Positions 19,975 through 29,341 of a stretch of DNA of 64,000 nucleotides are shown in pieces; within the stretch, counting starts at the first letter, position 1; each line of letters opens with the position of its first letter. Source of the DNA: Candidatus Altimarinota bacterium (GTDB taxonomy: Bacteria; Patescibacteriota; Gracilibacteria; UBA1369); the NCBI GenBank assembly GCA_963677745.1, contig OY782391.1, positions 1,216,001 to 1,280,000 of the forward strand, in the 5' to 3' direction. Below the pieces are notes generated by a model. That model saw only the letters and a program-made list of their open reading frames with translations. It ran no database searches and had not been told where the DNA came from. The position numbers and the translations under genes are program-made.

Positions 19975-20391
19975 TTATTTTTGCAGGTCGCCCAGATAAT
20001 AATTTTCCAGTAACTTTCTTGCCCGGTCAGAGTGGGGGACTCCGGCAAACATCATGCTGCCGTCTGTTCCACAGCCGTTCAGGATGGCTTCTCCACCGGG
20101 ATGCTTGGCAATATATTTGCTGACGTCATAGACCTTGCCGTCAATCGCCATCCAGCAGTCTGCAGCCGTGGAATGGCCGGTAAGTTCACTCAGGGCATAT
20201 TCTTTGGCGGTTGTGACTGCAGAAGTCGTACCGCTATCAGCCGGAGTGGTCACAACTGCAGGAGTTTCTGTTCCGGTCGTAACCTGGCCTGCGGTTTGAT
20301 CAGGGGTTTTTGCCGTATTGGCTGTATTTTCCCCGCAACCAAAAAGCAAGATAAGCAATGTCGAAACCGCCAGTAATTTTAATTTCACCAT
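19975..20391 (-). CDS. cytochrome b5-like heme-binding lipoprotein
   Basis: LFG-C lipobox; DCWMAIDGKVYDVSKYIAKHPGG...CGTDGS...HS. Confidence 0.93.
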   Translation of the reverse strand: MVKLKLLAVSTLLILLFGCGENTANTAKTPDQTAGQVTTGTETPAVVTTPADSGTTSAVTTAKEYALSELTGHSTAADCWMAIDGKVYDVSKYIAKHPGGEAILNGCGTDGSMMFAGVPHSDRARKLLENYYLGDLQK

Positions 20392-20558
20392 TATTTTAAT
20401 AATTATAAATTTAGCGAAATGATTATTCCTAAAAAGTTCTATCTTTATTACCGGTAAAATTCAAACAAAATTACATCAACTGGTCCGTGCTGTTAAGATA
20501 ATGACAAAAACTGAAAAACATCCTATGATTGGCTTATGATAAAACCAAAACCACTATT

Positions 20559-21752
20559 ATGAAAATGCCTAAAAAAGAGATTGTCTGGCTCGGCCTGGTC
20601 AGTTTCCTGACGGATGTAAGCTCTGAAATGATATTTTCGGTTCTGACCATCTTTTTGAGCGCCGTATTGGGGGCATCCAGTTTTATTATCGGGACAATGG
20701 AGGGATTGGCCGATTTCGCCGCTTCCTCTCTTGACTATCTGTCCGGATATTGGTCAGATAAAACCGGCAAACGCAAAGCTTTTGCGGTTTTCGGCTATGC
20801 TTTTTCAACGGTTGCCAAGGGGATTCTGCTGATTTCCAGCTCTATTGCCGGTGTTTTTACTTTCCGCATCGTGGAGCGGCTGGGAAAATCCGTCCGTGGT
20901 GCCCCGCGTGACGCGCTTCTTTCCTCCCTGGCTGATAAAAACACCATGGGTTTTGCCTTCGGTTTCCACAAAACCATGGATAAGGCCGGAGCTGTCCTGG
21001 GACCATTTCTGGGCTATGGGATACTCAGTCTGCTCGGACAAAATCTGGCCGCCTTTCAGGTGCTTTTCCAGGTAGCCATAGTTCCGGCTCTGCTTTCCGT
21101 ACTGATCCTGATCTTCTTTGTGCCGGAGCAGAAAACACCCGTTACCGCAGTACGCGAGAATATTTTCAAGAATTTCCATAAACTGGGCAAAAATTTCCAC
21201 AACTATCTGAAAGTGGCGGCTCTTTTTTCGTTGTCCTATTTCAGCTTTGCCTTTCTGTTGCTTAAAGCCAACGAGGTGGGTTTTGACATCAAAGATGTGG
21301 TGCTATTGTATGCCCTTTTCAATACCTCTTTCATGCTGATTTCCATTCCGGTCGGTAAAATCGGCGACCGCATTGGTCGCCGGAAAATCATTCTGGCCGA
21401 ATACCTGATCTACCTGCTGATGTGCGTGGGCTTTATCTTTGCCACCGATAAAATCGCAGTAATAGCTTTATTTCTGGTTTACGGGGTCTTTTACGCCATC
21501 GACGAAGCTCAAACCAAGGCTTATATCAGCGATCTTTCTTCAGCCGAGCATCGCGCTTCGGCCATCGGAGTCTATAATTTTGTCACGGGCATGGTCTATC
21601 TGCCCGCCTCTCTGCTGGCCGGCTGGCTCTGGTATGCCTACAGTCCCTCCGCAGCTTTCGCCGTGGCGGGGTTTATTGCACTTCTCAGTGCTATTGTGTT
21701 CATCGCACTCAAACCAACAGTTCTATCGTCAAAACAACAGAAAGACTATTAA
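20559..21752 (+). CDS. MFS transporter
   Basis: LVSFLTDVSSEMI, GYWSDKTGKRK, ERLGKSVRGAPRD, GKIGDRIGRR; ~12 TM segments. Confidence 0.95.
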   Translation: MKMPKKEIVWLGLVSFLTDVSSEMIFSVLTIFLSAVLGASSFIIGTMEGLADFAASSLDYLSGYWSDKTGKRKAFAVFGYAFSTVAKGILLISSSIAGVFTFRIVERLGKSVRGAPRDALLSSLADKNTMGFAFGFHKTMDKAGAVLGPFLGYGILSLLGQNLAAFQVLFQVAIVPALLSVLILIFFVPEQKTPVTAVRENIFKNFHKLGKNFHNYLKVAALFSLSYFSFAFLLLKANEVGFDIKDVVLLYALFNTSFMLISIPVGKIGDRIGRRKIILAEYLIYLLMCVGFIFATDKIAVIALFLVYGVFYAIDEAQTKAYISDLSSAEHRASAIGVYNFVTGMVYLPASLLAGWLWYAYSPSAAFAVAGFIALLSAIVFIALKPTVLSSKQQKDY

Positions 21753-21901
21753 AGATCATTTTAGTCGGATTTGACTGAAAATAAATATACCTGATTCAAC
21801 ACGGGAAAACTCGCTCTATTCCTAACGAATTTGAGTAGCTAAGGATTTGAAGAAAAATATAAAATATGTTAAAATAAATAGAAATATTTACATAAAAATA
21901 T

Positions 21902-23017
21902 ATGAACAACGATCTTCTCAACACCGGGAAACAACATCCTGTGGACCGTAAAAAGGCTTTTAATGTAATGCCGCTGCGCGTTCAGACTAATTCGGGGCGG
22001 AGTCAAATAGAACAGTGCCGGAAGGAGGAACTGGCTAAAATCAATGGGTTTATCAGCGGGGTTGACTCAGCCGGTGTCATTGAAACCGTGGCCAGATCAG
22101 GAAATACCTCTATGATAAATTATTTGGTACTTTCCGGAACAGAAAATGGTCAGCAGATTGTCTGTTTAAGTGCTGAAGACAGCCCAAGCCGTCTTAAAGA
22201 AGAACTACGACACATAGTGACGGATAACGAAACTGTCACAATATTGCTCGATGAGTCGCCGCATTTATTGAATTGGGAGGAAGAATTAAAGCGGACACCT
22301 GATAAAAACGATAGAGCCGCGCGAGACTCACAGACTGAAATTAAAAATTTTTTTGAATACTTGAAAGAACTGATCTCTCAGAAAAAAGTTAAAATTATTT
22401 TGTTGGCGCACGCTGGCATGGATGAACAGGGAAATACTACCGGTGACGAAATGGTGAAGTGGGGACAAAGCCGTTTAATCGATGGGGAATCAACAATTCC
22501 CAAAACCAATTTGGAAGTCATGAGTAAAGAAGGCCTGGCCCTGCTTTTCGAAATGCATCCCGAGCGGGAGAACTTTCCTCCTGAATTGATCTCTGCCAAG
22601 GAGGACATAGTGGCTTATGTTTGGGGACCAATGCAACTGAACGCCTATCTGGACAAATATTTGGAAAAGCGGGATCAGGGCGAAACCGACCAGCAGTCTG
22701 CGGAGTTCGCCAGGAGCTTTATAATCAATCAGAATGAAATCTGGGATGTGATCCGCACCACAGCCGGTTTACGTTCCAATGAAATACTGCAACTAATGGT
22801 CAAGGCCGGTCTGGGGGGAATATCAATGGAAACTCTTACTGAGGAAGAAAAGAAAACTCTAAACGCTCTGCAATTTGCCCATCTGTTTGAAACAAAAGAT
22901 GGTATGGTGCGGGTAGGCGCTGGATGTCTTTATGATTACGCTAAAGTAAAGACTGAAACTGAGAAAACCCGCCGGCAGCAAATGGAGGCTCTGGATTCCA
23001 AATTCCAAAAAATTTAA
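21902..23017 (+). CDS. hypothetical protein, degenerate P-loop/AAA-like ATPase fold
   Basis: Walker-A-like ARSGNTS (Lys replaced by Asn), Walker-B-like ILLDES, helical C-terminus. Confidence 0.5.
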   Translation: MNNDLLNTGKQHPVDRKKAFNVMPLRVQTNSGRSQIEQCRKEELAKINGFISGVDSAGVIETVARSGNTSMINYLVLSGTENGQQIVCLSAEDSPSRLKEELRHIVTDNETVTILLDESPHLLNWEEELKRTPDKNDRAARDSQTEIKNFFEYLKELISQKKVKIILLAHAGMDEQGNTTGDEMVKWGQSRLIDGESTIPKTNLEVMSKEGLALLFEMHPERENFPPELISAKEDIVAYVWGPMQLNAYLDKYLEKRDQGETDQQSAEFARSFIINQNEIWDVIRTTAGLRSNEILQLMVKAGLGGISMETLTEEEKKTLNALQFAHLFETKDGMVRVGAGCLYDYAKVKTETEKTRRQQMEALDSKFQKI

Positions 23018-23027
23018 CTTTAATTTC

Positions 23028-23101
23028 TGGCAGGGGTAGTAGGAATCGAACCCACATCAAAGGTTTTGGAGACCTCTGTACTACCATTGTACTATACCCC
23101 T
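23028..23101 (-). tRNA. tRNA-Trp(CCA)
   Basis: AGGGGTATAGTACAATGGTAGTACA-GAGGT CTCCAAA ACCTT-...GGTTCGATTCC...ACCCCTGCCA. Confidence 0.97.
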
Positions 23102-23177
23102 AAATCATTACTATCTTACTCCGGTCGCAGCTGTCTTCCAACATAATCACGCTTCTTCCGGCCGTAAAAAATTACAC

Positions 23178-23211
23178 AAAAAAGGCGCGGAAATCAAATG
23201 ATTTCCGCGCC
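23178..23211 (-). terminator. intrinsic terminator of rpsT
   Basis: GGCGCGGAAATCA-TT-TGATTTCCGCGCC followed by TTTTTT on the minus strand. Confidence 0.85.
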
Positions 23212-23227
23212 GTCCGTTTAACAAAAA

Positions 23228-23530
23228 TTACTTTTTAGCAGCAGCTTTCTTGGTTTCGGCGGGCTTATTTTCGGCAGCTTTGCCGATCAGTGCGGCCAGT
23301 CTGGCTTTCTTGCGGGAAGCAGTATTCTTGTGAATAATGTGTTTTTTGCTGGCGGTATCAATTACCGATTGGGTTTTTGGAAATAAAGCCTTGGCTTTAA
23401 CCTGATCGGTCTTTACCGTTTCCAGGAATTTTTTGATTTCCGATTTTAGTCTGGATTTATAAGGTTTTCGTCTGTCCAGTCTGGCGTTTGCTTGCCTCAT
23501 GGCCTTTTTGGCCGAAGTTGTGATTGGCAT
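23228..23530 (-). CDS. rpsT: 30S ribosomal protein S20
   Basis: SAKKAMRQ...KSRLKSEIKK...IDTASKKHIIHKNTASRKKARL. Confidence 0.96.
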   Translation of the reverse strand: MPITTSAKKAMRQANARLDRRKPYKSRLKSEIKKFLETVKTDQVKAKALFPKTQSVIDTASKKHIIHKNTASRKKARLAALIGKAAENKPAETKKAAAKK

Positions 23531-23650
23531 ATCTTGAAAAAGGAAGTTAAATTTTGCGCCGTAATATAATCAAATTCAGGTCGGCCTGTCAATTAAATCA
23601 CCTGTCGGCATTGAAATCTATGACATCATTAAAAAAAATCAGGGAAAAGC

Positions 23651-23678
23651 TTGACATAGACTAGAAATGTGATAAGAT
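23651..23678 (+). promoter_or_regulatory. sigma70 promoter of the S-layer-like gene
   Basis: TTGACA-16 nt-TAAGAT with a TG extension. Confidence 0.65.
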
Positions 23679-23689
23679 TCATGTCTTAA

Positions 23690-23930
23690 CCAGGCGAAAA
23701 CTCAGGGGAATTCCCTGAAACAAGCCAAATTATAGCGCGCCAGGTGAGAACTTTGACAGACCGGTAAGAAACCCACTGCTAATCTGTGTAATACGGATTG
23801 GCAGAATCAGATCGGACCTATGTATATGAAAATGTACGGGTTTGATCAAAATATTAGCATTATTTCACTTATCACTAACCTGTCTGACCACGTGTTTGTA
23901 ATACAGCACCCGGTCACGCGTTATATCAAT
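23690..23930 (+). promoter_or_regulatory. structured 5' leader RNA (unclassified)
   Basis: Several G-U-containing hairpins enclosed by the long-range stem TATAGCGCG (23731-39)/CGCGTTATA (23917-25). Confidence 0.55.
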
Positions 23931-23956
23931 TGTAAATTTAACCATAAACAATCACT

Positions 23957-26830
23957 ATGAAAAACTTCCTTCGTCAAAGTCTAGCGAAGAAAGTGATACT
24001 TTTCGGCTTTATAATCGGCCTGGTATCACCTTCCGCTATGGCTTATGTAGATGGGGGCTATCCAGTTGGAACCCTCCGCGCTCAGCCGATTGAACTTAAC
24101 AGTTCACTTCGCGCCGTGGATCCGGCTCTTCTGGTAGCCGTCGTAGCACCATCCGTTCAAAATTTGAACGTTTCAACAGCTACGGGTAGCGCCGACGTAT
24201 CTTTCAGTCTCAATACTAATGCCACGGCAACGGTTTGGATCAAGGATACCACCGACACTATCGTCAAGACTCTTATTTTCGATAACAACCTCTCCGGAGG
24301 CACGGTTTATTCCTATACCTGGAACGGCACCGACAATAACGGCCAGAAAGTGGCCAACGGTTCCTATAAAGCCCAGGTCGTGGCCTATAACACTGTTTCC
24401 TCTGACATTGAGAGCTATTCCTTTAATTTCACTTCAGGTTCCGTGGTAACCGCCCCGGACGTGACAGCTTCCGTTTCTCCCAGCTCTTTTGAACCAACCA
24501 AGGGACAAACCACTACCTTCAGCTACAGCCTCAATACTGCTGCCAGTCTGAAAGTGGAAGTTAAGCTGAACGGCGCCGTTGTCAAAACACTGCGCGCTCA
24601 GTCTCAACAGGCAGCCGGTTCCTACCAGCTGCTCTGGAACGGCACCAACGACAGCAATGTCACCATGTCTCCCAACACCTACAATATCGAGGTGTATGCC
24701 AGCAACACTGCCGGCACCGATCTCGCTTTGGCCAGAGTCAACATTACCAATACACCGGTAGAAGTTGCTCCGGTCGTCTCGGTTTCCGCTTCTCCAGTTT
24801 CTTTTGACCCCACTAAAGGTCAGAGCACTACAGCTACTTATACCCTGAACACCACTGCCAACCTCCGCGTTGACGTGAAGCAGGGCAGCACTGTGGTCAA
24901 GACCCTTCGCGGTCTGAGCGAACAGACAGCCGGAACTTATTCCCTGGTCTGGGACGGCAGCATTTACAATGCCAATCCGCTTGCACCGGTTGGAGCCTAT
25001 ACCATTGAGGTCTATGCCACCAACAATGCCGGCAGCGACACCGACACCACCACTGTCAACGTTATCACTTCCAACACCACTACCGCTCCCAATGTAACCA
25101 ATCTTTACGCTACTCCGACTCCTTTCAATCCAAGTAATGAAAACACCCGTGTCTACTTTACTACGGATAAAACTGCCGACGTAACAGTCAGCATTCTGGA
25201 TGGATCCAGCACGGTAAAGAATCTGGTCAGCGGCACATCACTGTCCGCCGGTACTTATTACTATGAATGGAACGGACGCGATTCCAATGGCTATACCATG
25301 GCCGACAAGGTCTATACAGCCAGAGTTACTGCTTCCAACACCGCCGGTTCCGACACCGAGAGCACTTCGGTTGAAGTGAAAACCTCCGGCAGCGGCACCT
25401 GCGACCTTATTACTTCTCATTACGTCAATCCGACCACTTTTGATCCGGATGAACGTGATGCCCTGATTTCCTATACTTTGGCCCGCTCGGCTGAAGTTAC
25501 TGTCAGAATCAAGGACGGATCCACCACCATCAGAACACTGGTTGATCATCAGTCTCAAAACTCCGGTTCCAAGACAGTATCCTGGAACGGACACGAGTCT
25601 GATGGCGATCATGCCACAGATGGTTACTATACTTACGAAATCACTGCCTATGTCAGCGGTTGCAGCACGGACGTTGAGTCCAGCTCGGTCCGCGTGGACA
25701 ACAACGGCACTACCGACGACGAGGACGACTGGGATTCCACAGATGAAGATCTGATCACCGATGTCACTGTCAGAAACGAAGTTTTTGACCCGACTGATGG
25801 AGAAAGATCAACTGTTGAGTTCACACTCGACCGCCGCGCCGATCTGATCGTCCAGGTTATGGATGGCAGCCATGTAGTAGAAACACTCAGAGACGCCGAC
25901 GACCAGGCCGGAGGAGACTACTCCTACAGCTGGGACGGCCGCGACTCCGACAACGATATCATGGATGACGACGTATATCAGTTCCGCATTATGGCCGATG
26001 ACGGCGATGATACGGATACCGACCGCGCCTACACAGAGGTGGATACCGACGGAATCATCATTGGTTTCCCGGACAGCGACCGCTGCGCCGGCTACCGCGA
26101 TGTATCCATTAACTCTCCTTTCTGTAAAGCCATCGAACTGATGTCGGAAAGAGGCATCTTCGAAGGATACTCCGATGGAACTTTCAGACCTTATGCCAAG
26201 ATCAACCGCGCTGAAACAGTCAAGGTTGTCACCCTGGCCCTGGGATATGATGTAAACACCGGAGGCACCTACAACCTCGGTTATCGCGACACCTCTTCCA
26301 CAGCCTGGTATTCACCATACCTCTATGTGGCCAAGAGGGAGAACATAGCTACAGGTTATCCGGACAATACTTTCCGCCCAAGCAGCACTATCAACAGAGT
26401 TGAACTCCTGAGAGTGTTCCTGGAAGGAAATCAGACCGACGACCTCTTTAGCTGCAGCCCTCAACCGTTTGACGACACACCTATTACCTCCGATACCCGC
26501 TGGTATATGAAGTATGCCTGTTATGCACAGGATCATGACCTGATGGACAGTGGATACAACAACAATTTGTATCCTGCCGAAGCCATGACCAGAGGCGATG
26601 TAGCCGACCTGTTCTACGACTTTGAAGTCAAAGGACTGTACTCGGATTATGTACTGGACCGCACCGGCAACGGTGACAATCATTACGTTTGCGTCGAATA
26701 CGACCATGACGATGATTGCGTACGCTACGAATCGACTGCCGACCGCTATACCTACAACTATTCCAACAACGACAGTAACGACGGATATTATGTATATAGA
26801 AACGGCCGTTACGTCTGGGTTTCTTACTAG
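23957..26830 (+). CDS. S-layer-like surface protein: about six FlgD-type Ig repeats plus C-terminal SLH domains
   Basis: Signal peptide; repeated (VK/IR)TL...G.Y...W(N/D)G.D..G...V.DG.Y; SLH motifs GYSDGTFRPYAKINRAE, GYPDNTFRPSSTINRVE, MTRGD. Confidence 0.9.
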   Translation: MKNFLRQSLAKKVILFGFIIGLVSPSAMAYVDGGYPVGTLRAQPIELNSSLRAVDPALLVAVVAPSVQNLNVSTATGSADVSFSLNTNATATVWIKDTTDTIVKTLIFDNNLSGGTVYSYTWNGTDNNGQKVANGSYKAQVVAYNTVSSDIESYSFNFTSGSVVTAPDVTASVSPSSFEPTKGQTTTFSYSLNTAASLKVEVKLNGAVVKTLRAQSQQAAGSYQLLWNGTNDSNVTMSPNTYNIEVYASNTAGTDLALARVNITNTPVEVAPVVSVSASPVSFDPTKGQSTTATYTLNTTANLRVDVKQGSTVVKTLRGLSEQTAGTYSLVWDGSIYNANPLAPVGAYTIEVYATNNAGSDTDTTTVNVITSNTTTAPNVTNLYATPTPFNPSNENTRVYFTTDKTADVTVSILDGSSTVKNLVSGTSLSAGTYYYEWNGRDSNGYTMADKVYTARVTASNTAGSDTESTSVEVKTSGSGTCDLITSHYVNPTTFDPDERDALISYTLARSAEVTVRIKDGSTTIRTLVDHQSQNSGSKTVSWNGHESDGDHATDGYYTYEITAYVSGCSTDVESSSVRVDNNGTTDDEDDWDSTDEDLITDVTVRNEVFDPTDGERSTVEFTLDRRADLIVQVMDGSHVVETLRDADDQAGGDYSYSWDGRDSDNDIMDDDVYQFRIMADDGDDTDTDRAYTEVDTDGIIIGFPDSDRCAGYRDVSINSPFCKAIELMSERGIFEGYSDGTFRPYAKINRAETVKVVTLALGYDVNTGGTYNLGYRDTSSTAWYSPYLYVAKRENIATGYPDNTFRPSSTINRVELLRVFLEGNQTDDLFSCSPQPFDDTPITSDTRWYMKYACYAQDHDLMDSGYNNNLYPAEAMTRGDVADLFYDFEVKGLYSDYVLDRTGNGDNHYVCVEYDHDDDCVRYESTADRYTYNYSNNDSNDGYYVYRNGRYVWVSY

Positions 26831-26847
26831 GATCTGAACAATCTGAC

Positions 26848-26886
26848 AAAAAAGGCTCCTTTCCTTTACAGGATCGGGGCCTTTTT
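26848..26886 (+). terminator. intrinsic terminator overlapping the next promoter
   Basis: AAAAAGGCTCC...GGGGCCTTTTT; TTTACA in the loop and TG-T-TATAGT downstream. Confidence 0.7.
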
Positions 26887-26925
26887 GTTATAGTATGATA
26901 AACAATAATATAAAAAAATAAAACT

Positions 26926-27414
26926 ATGGCCAGAAACGGAAAATTAGTAATTGGTGCCATTTTAGGCGCTCTCTTCGGTTTGGCATTCGCTCCCAAAAAA
27001 GGCAGCGAACTCCGCAAAGACATCAAATCGGAACTGGACAAAGGCGGACACGGTGAAAAAACCGCCAAAAAGGTAGCATCTGCCATCAGTCAGGACGTTG
27101 CCGATACGGCCAAGGAAGTCTATGCGGACCCGGCAGTTCAGAAACAGCTGGAGAAAGGCAAGAAGGAAGCCCGCAAACTGGTCGGTCAGGCCAGGGAGAA
27201 AATCCAGGTATCAAGCGAGGAATGGGTGAAGATGGCCCGGGAAAAGATTATTGAAGGTGAGAAAAAACTGGAAACCGAAGGTGCTAAAGCATTTGATACA
27301 TTAAAGAAGAAAGTGATGCCCGTTCCCGCCCAAAAAGCCGCGCCGGCCGCCTCCGCCGCCCCGGTCAAAAAGGCCGCTCACGTTGCCGCCAAAACTAAAA
27401 AGAAGCGCAAATAA
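26926..27414 (+). CDS. YtxH-domain protein
   Basis: GAILGALFGLAFAPKKGSELRKDIK; Ala/Lys-rich tail. Confidence 0.9.
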   Translation: MARNGKLVIGAILGALFGLAFAPKKGSELRKDIKSELDKGGHGEKTAKKVASAISQDVADTAKEVYADPAVQKQLEKGKKEARKLVGQAREKIQVSSEEWVKMAREKIIEGEKKLETEGAKAFDTLKKKVMPVPAQKAAPAASAAPVKKAAHVAAKTKKKRK

Positions 27415-27421
27415 ATTACCT

Positions 27422-28021
27422 CTAGAACCCCCGGACAGCCCGGAGTAATAGTACAATCGCGGCCTGGACGTGCTGTGGAGAATGAGACGCCTGTTGTTCG
27501 ATCTTTCCGGCCAGGTCTTTCGATGCCTCCACCAGATGGGGATTGCCTCCTTTAATCAGAGGTATTTTGGCCGGCAGCAGATAAGGCAGAAGCTGTTGAT
27601 TCTCCGCCAATTCAACCAAGGTCATCCTAAACAGCTGTCTGAAAGTCTGAATTACTTCTTCCTGGGTCTTTTTCAGGTAAAAATCCCGGGGGAAAAACTT
27701 TTCCAGCTCAAAGCAGACTTTATAGCAAAAATTCAAAACCCTCATCACGCCGATCACTCTCGGATCATGTACATAGCTGGTGAAATCAAATTTATCATCA
27801 AAAAACGCCCGGTAATCATTCATTCTGGCCTCATCTATGTTCTGATCTTGTGAGGTCAGGCCGGCCTCCCTGCGGCTTCTTCTGCAGATGTCCCTGAGCA
27901 GGGTTTCCACCTGGGAAGTTATTCCCTGATGCAAATCAATTTCTTCTATAGGCTGTCTTTTGCCTACGGATTCTGTTGAATAACCAGTACTGTCTTCCGG
28001 AAAACGTCTTCCCTGTACCAT
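27422..28021 (-). CDS. hypothetical protein
   Basis: 199-aa helical ORF. Confidence 0.65.
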   Translation of the reverse strand: MVQGRRFPEDSTGYSTESVGKRQPIEEIDLHQGITSQVETLLRDICRRSRREAGLTSQDQNIDEARMNDYRAFFDDKFDFTSYVHDPRVIGVMRVLNFCYKVCFELEKFFPRDFYLKKTQEEVIQTFRQLFRMTLVELAENQQLLPYLLPAKIPLIKGGNPHLVEASKDLAGKIEQQASHSPQHVQAAIVLLLRAVRGF

Positions 28022-28102
28022 AAACCTGATAGGCTATAGCAAAATAGGAGGTTATTATAGCGGAAAATAACTTTATGTAAAGGTCAACCCGCTATTTTAC
28101 GT

Positions 28103-29260
28103 TCAGGGCACCTGATAAACGAAAAACGACTCCACGGAAACGTTGTCATTATCCGAGTTTCTAAAATCTTCTTTTATCTTGTCATTGATTTTGTCAAAGA
28201 ACAATTGAGGAGAAAGATGTTTGGACTCGGTGGGTTGGCCGTTTGAATCTGCACTGGTTGAGCGGGCGGTTTTTAAGGATTCTCTGATCAGATCCTGAAG
28301 TTGTAGAGCTCCTTCAGCTTCAACAAAATCATCCGGTAAACCTTCGGCCGAATTTCTGGTCATTTTTTGTACCAGAGAGCGTAACAGGTTGTTGCTGACA
28401 GCTAAAATTATATCCCCCTGTTCCAGAGAGAAAGTCTCGCGTAGAGTTAAGCTCTCTGAAGAGGTTCCGCTAATTTTGTTGATATTTTTCCCTCTGATTA
28501 TGAAGCAGATGGACCGGCTTCCCGGAGTTTGCATAAGCTCCAGAGAATATGCTTCCAGCTTAATGTCCAGATTGAGCTGGCCGGCTTCTTTATCCGGTAA
28601 ATTCATTTTGCTTAAGCCACCGTTTTTTCTTGCCCGTGAAAGAAGCTGTGGCAGCTGTTTTTTCTGCTCCGGGGATACTATTTGAAAATCGAGCATATTC
28701 ACATCCAGGCTATTTTTGCCGTATCTGACCGCAGCAACCCCTATTCTGGCGGTCTGATCATCGGCAATTTCCAATCCCGAGGTGTTACTGAACATTCCGA
28801 TCGCCACAGGTTTTCCTTTTACAATACCAGCTCCCAGATGGGCACCTGCTTCAATGCGGTTGGGAATAGGGTATTGGTAATCAATTGAAAGCATACTGGC
28901 CCTATTGGCTTTTAATTTAATTGTGTCTGCTATTTCTGAGGCTTTCTCTTCGTCTTTCGCTTTTTCTTGTTCCCTTTTCTCAGCGGCTAAGGGGTCATAG
29001 TATGCATAAGCTTTAGGTTTAGAAGCTTTTGGAGTGTTTTCAAAAAAATCCTTGTCATAAGGAATAGTCCGCTCATTTGAACTAACCGGATTTAAAAAAC
29101 TTTCACTGTAGGAAGGGACTGTTTGGTCAGTTTTTTGTTCCAGAATATGTTCCGGTCCCGGTTTATGCAGGTCCCGCAGACGTTCATCGTTTTCCTGAGG
29201 CTGTGGGAGCTGTGGCGAGGATCCTCCTGTATGTTTTGATGGACTCATATATTCAGTCAT
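28103..29260 (-). CDS. hypothetical protein, degenerate PP2C/PPM phosphatase-like fold
   Basis: FSLEQGDIILAVSNNL (compare L..GD.LLL.SDGL) and terminal DNDNVSV (compare DNIT); disordered N-terminus. Confidence 0.5.
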   Translation of the reverse strand: MTEYMSPSKHTGGSSPQLPQPQENDERLRDLHKPGPEHILEQKTDQTVPSYSESFLNPVSSNERTIPYDKDFFENTPKASKPKAYAYYDPLAAEKREQEKAKDEEKASEIADTIKLKANRASMLSIDYQYPIPNRIEAGAHLGAGIVKGKPVAIGMFSNTSGLEIADDQTARIGVAAVRYGKNSLDVNMLDFQIVSPEQKKQLPQLLSRARKNGGLSKMNLPDKEAGQLNLDIKLEAYSLELMQTPGSRSICFIIRGKNINKISGTSSESLTLRETFSLEQGDIILAVSNNLLRSLVQKMTRNSAEGLPDDFVEAEGALQLQDLIRESLKTARSTSADSNGQPTESKHLSPQLFFDKINDKIKEDFRNSDNDNVSVESFFVYQVP

Positions 29261-29341
29261 ACTAAATAATCCTATAATTATAGCATATATAGAAAATAAT
29301 GCAATTATGGCGTTTATCTTACAAGTTCGATTTGCTGAAAA

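Noticed and set aside
23690-23730. c-di-GMP-I riboswitch (GGCGAAA... start)
   Set aside because: Lacks the GNRA-capped P2 followed by GCAAAGC and the tetraloop-receptor P3; kept only as an unclassified structured leader.
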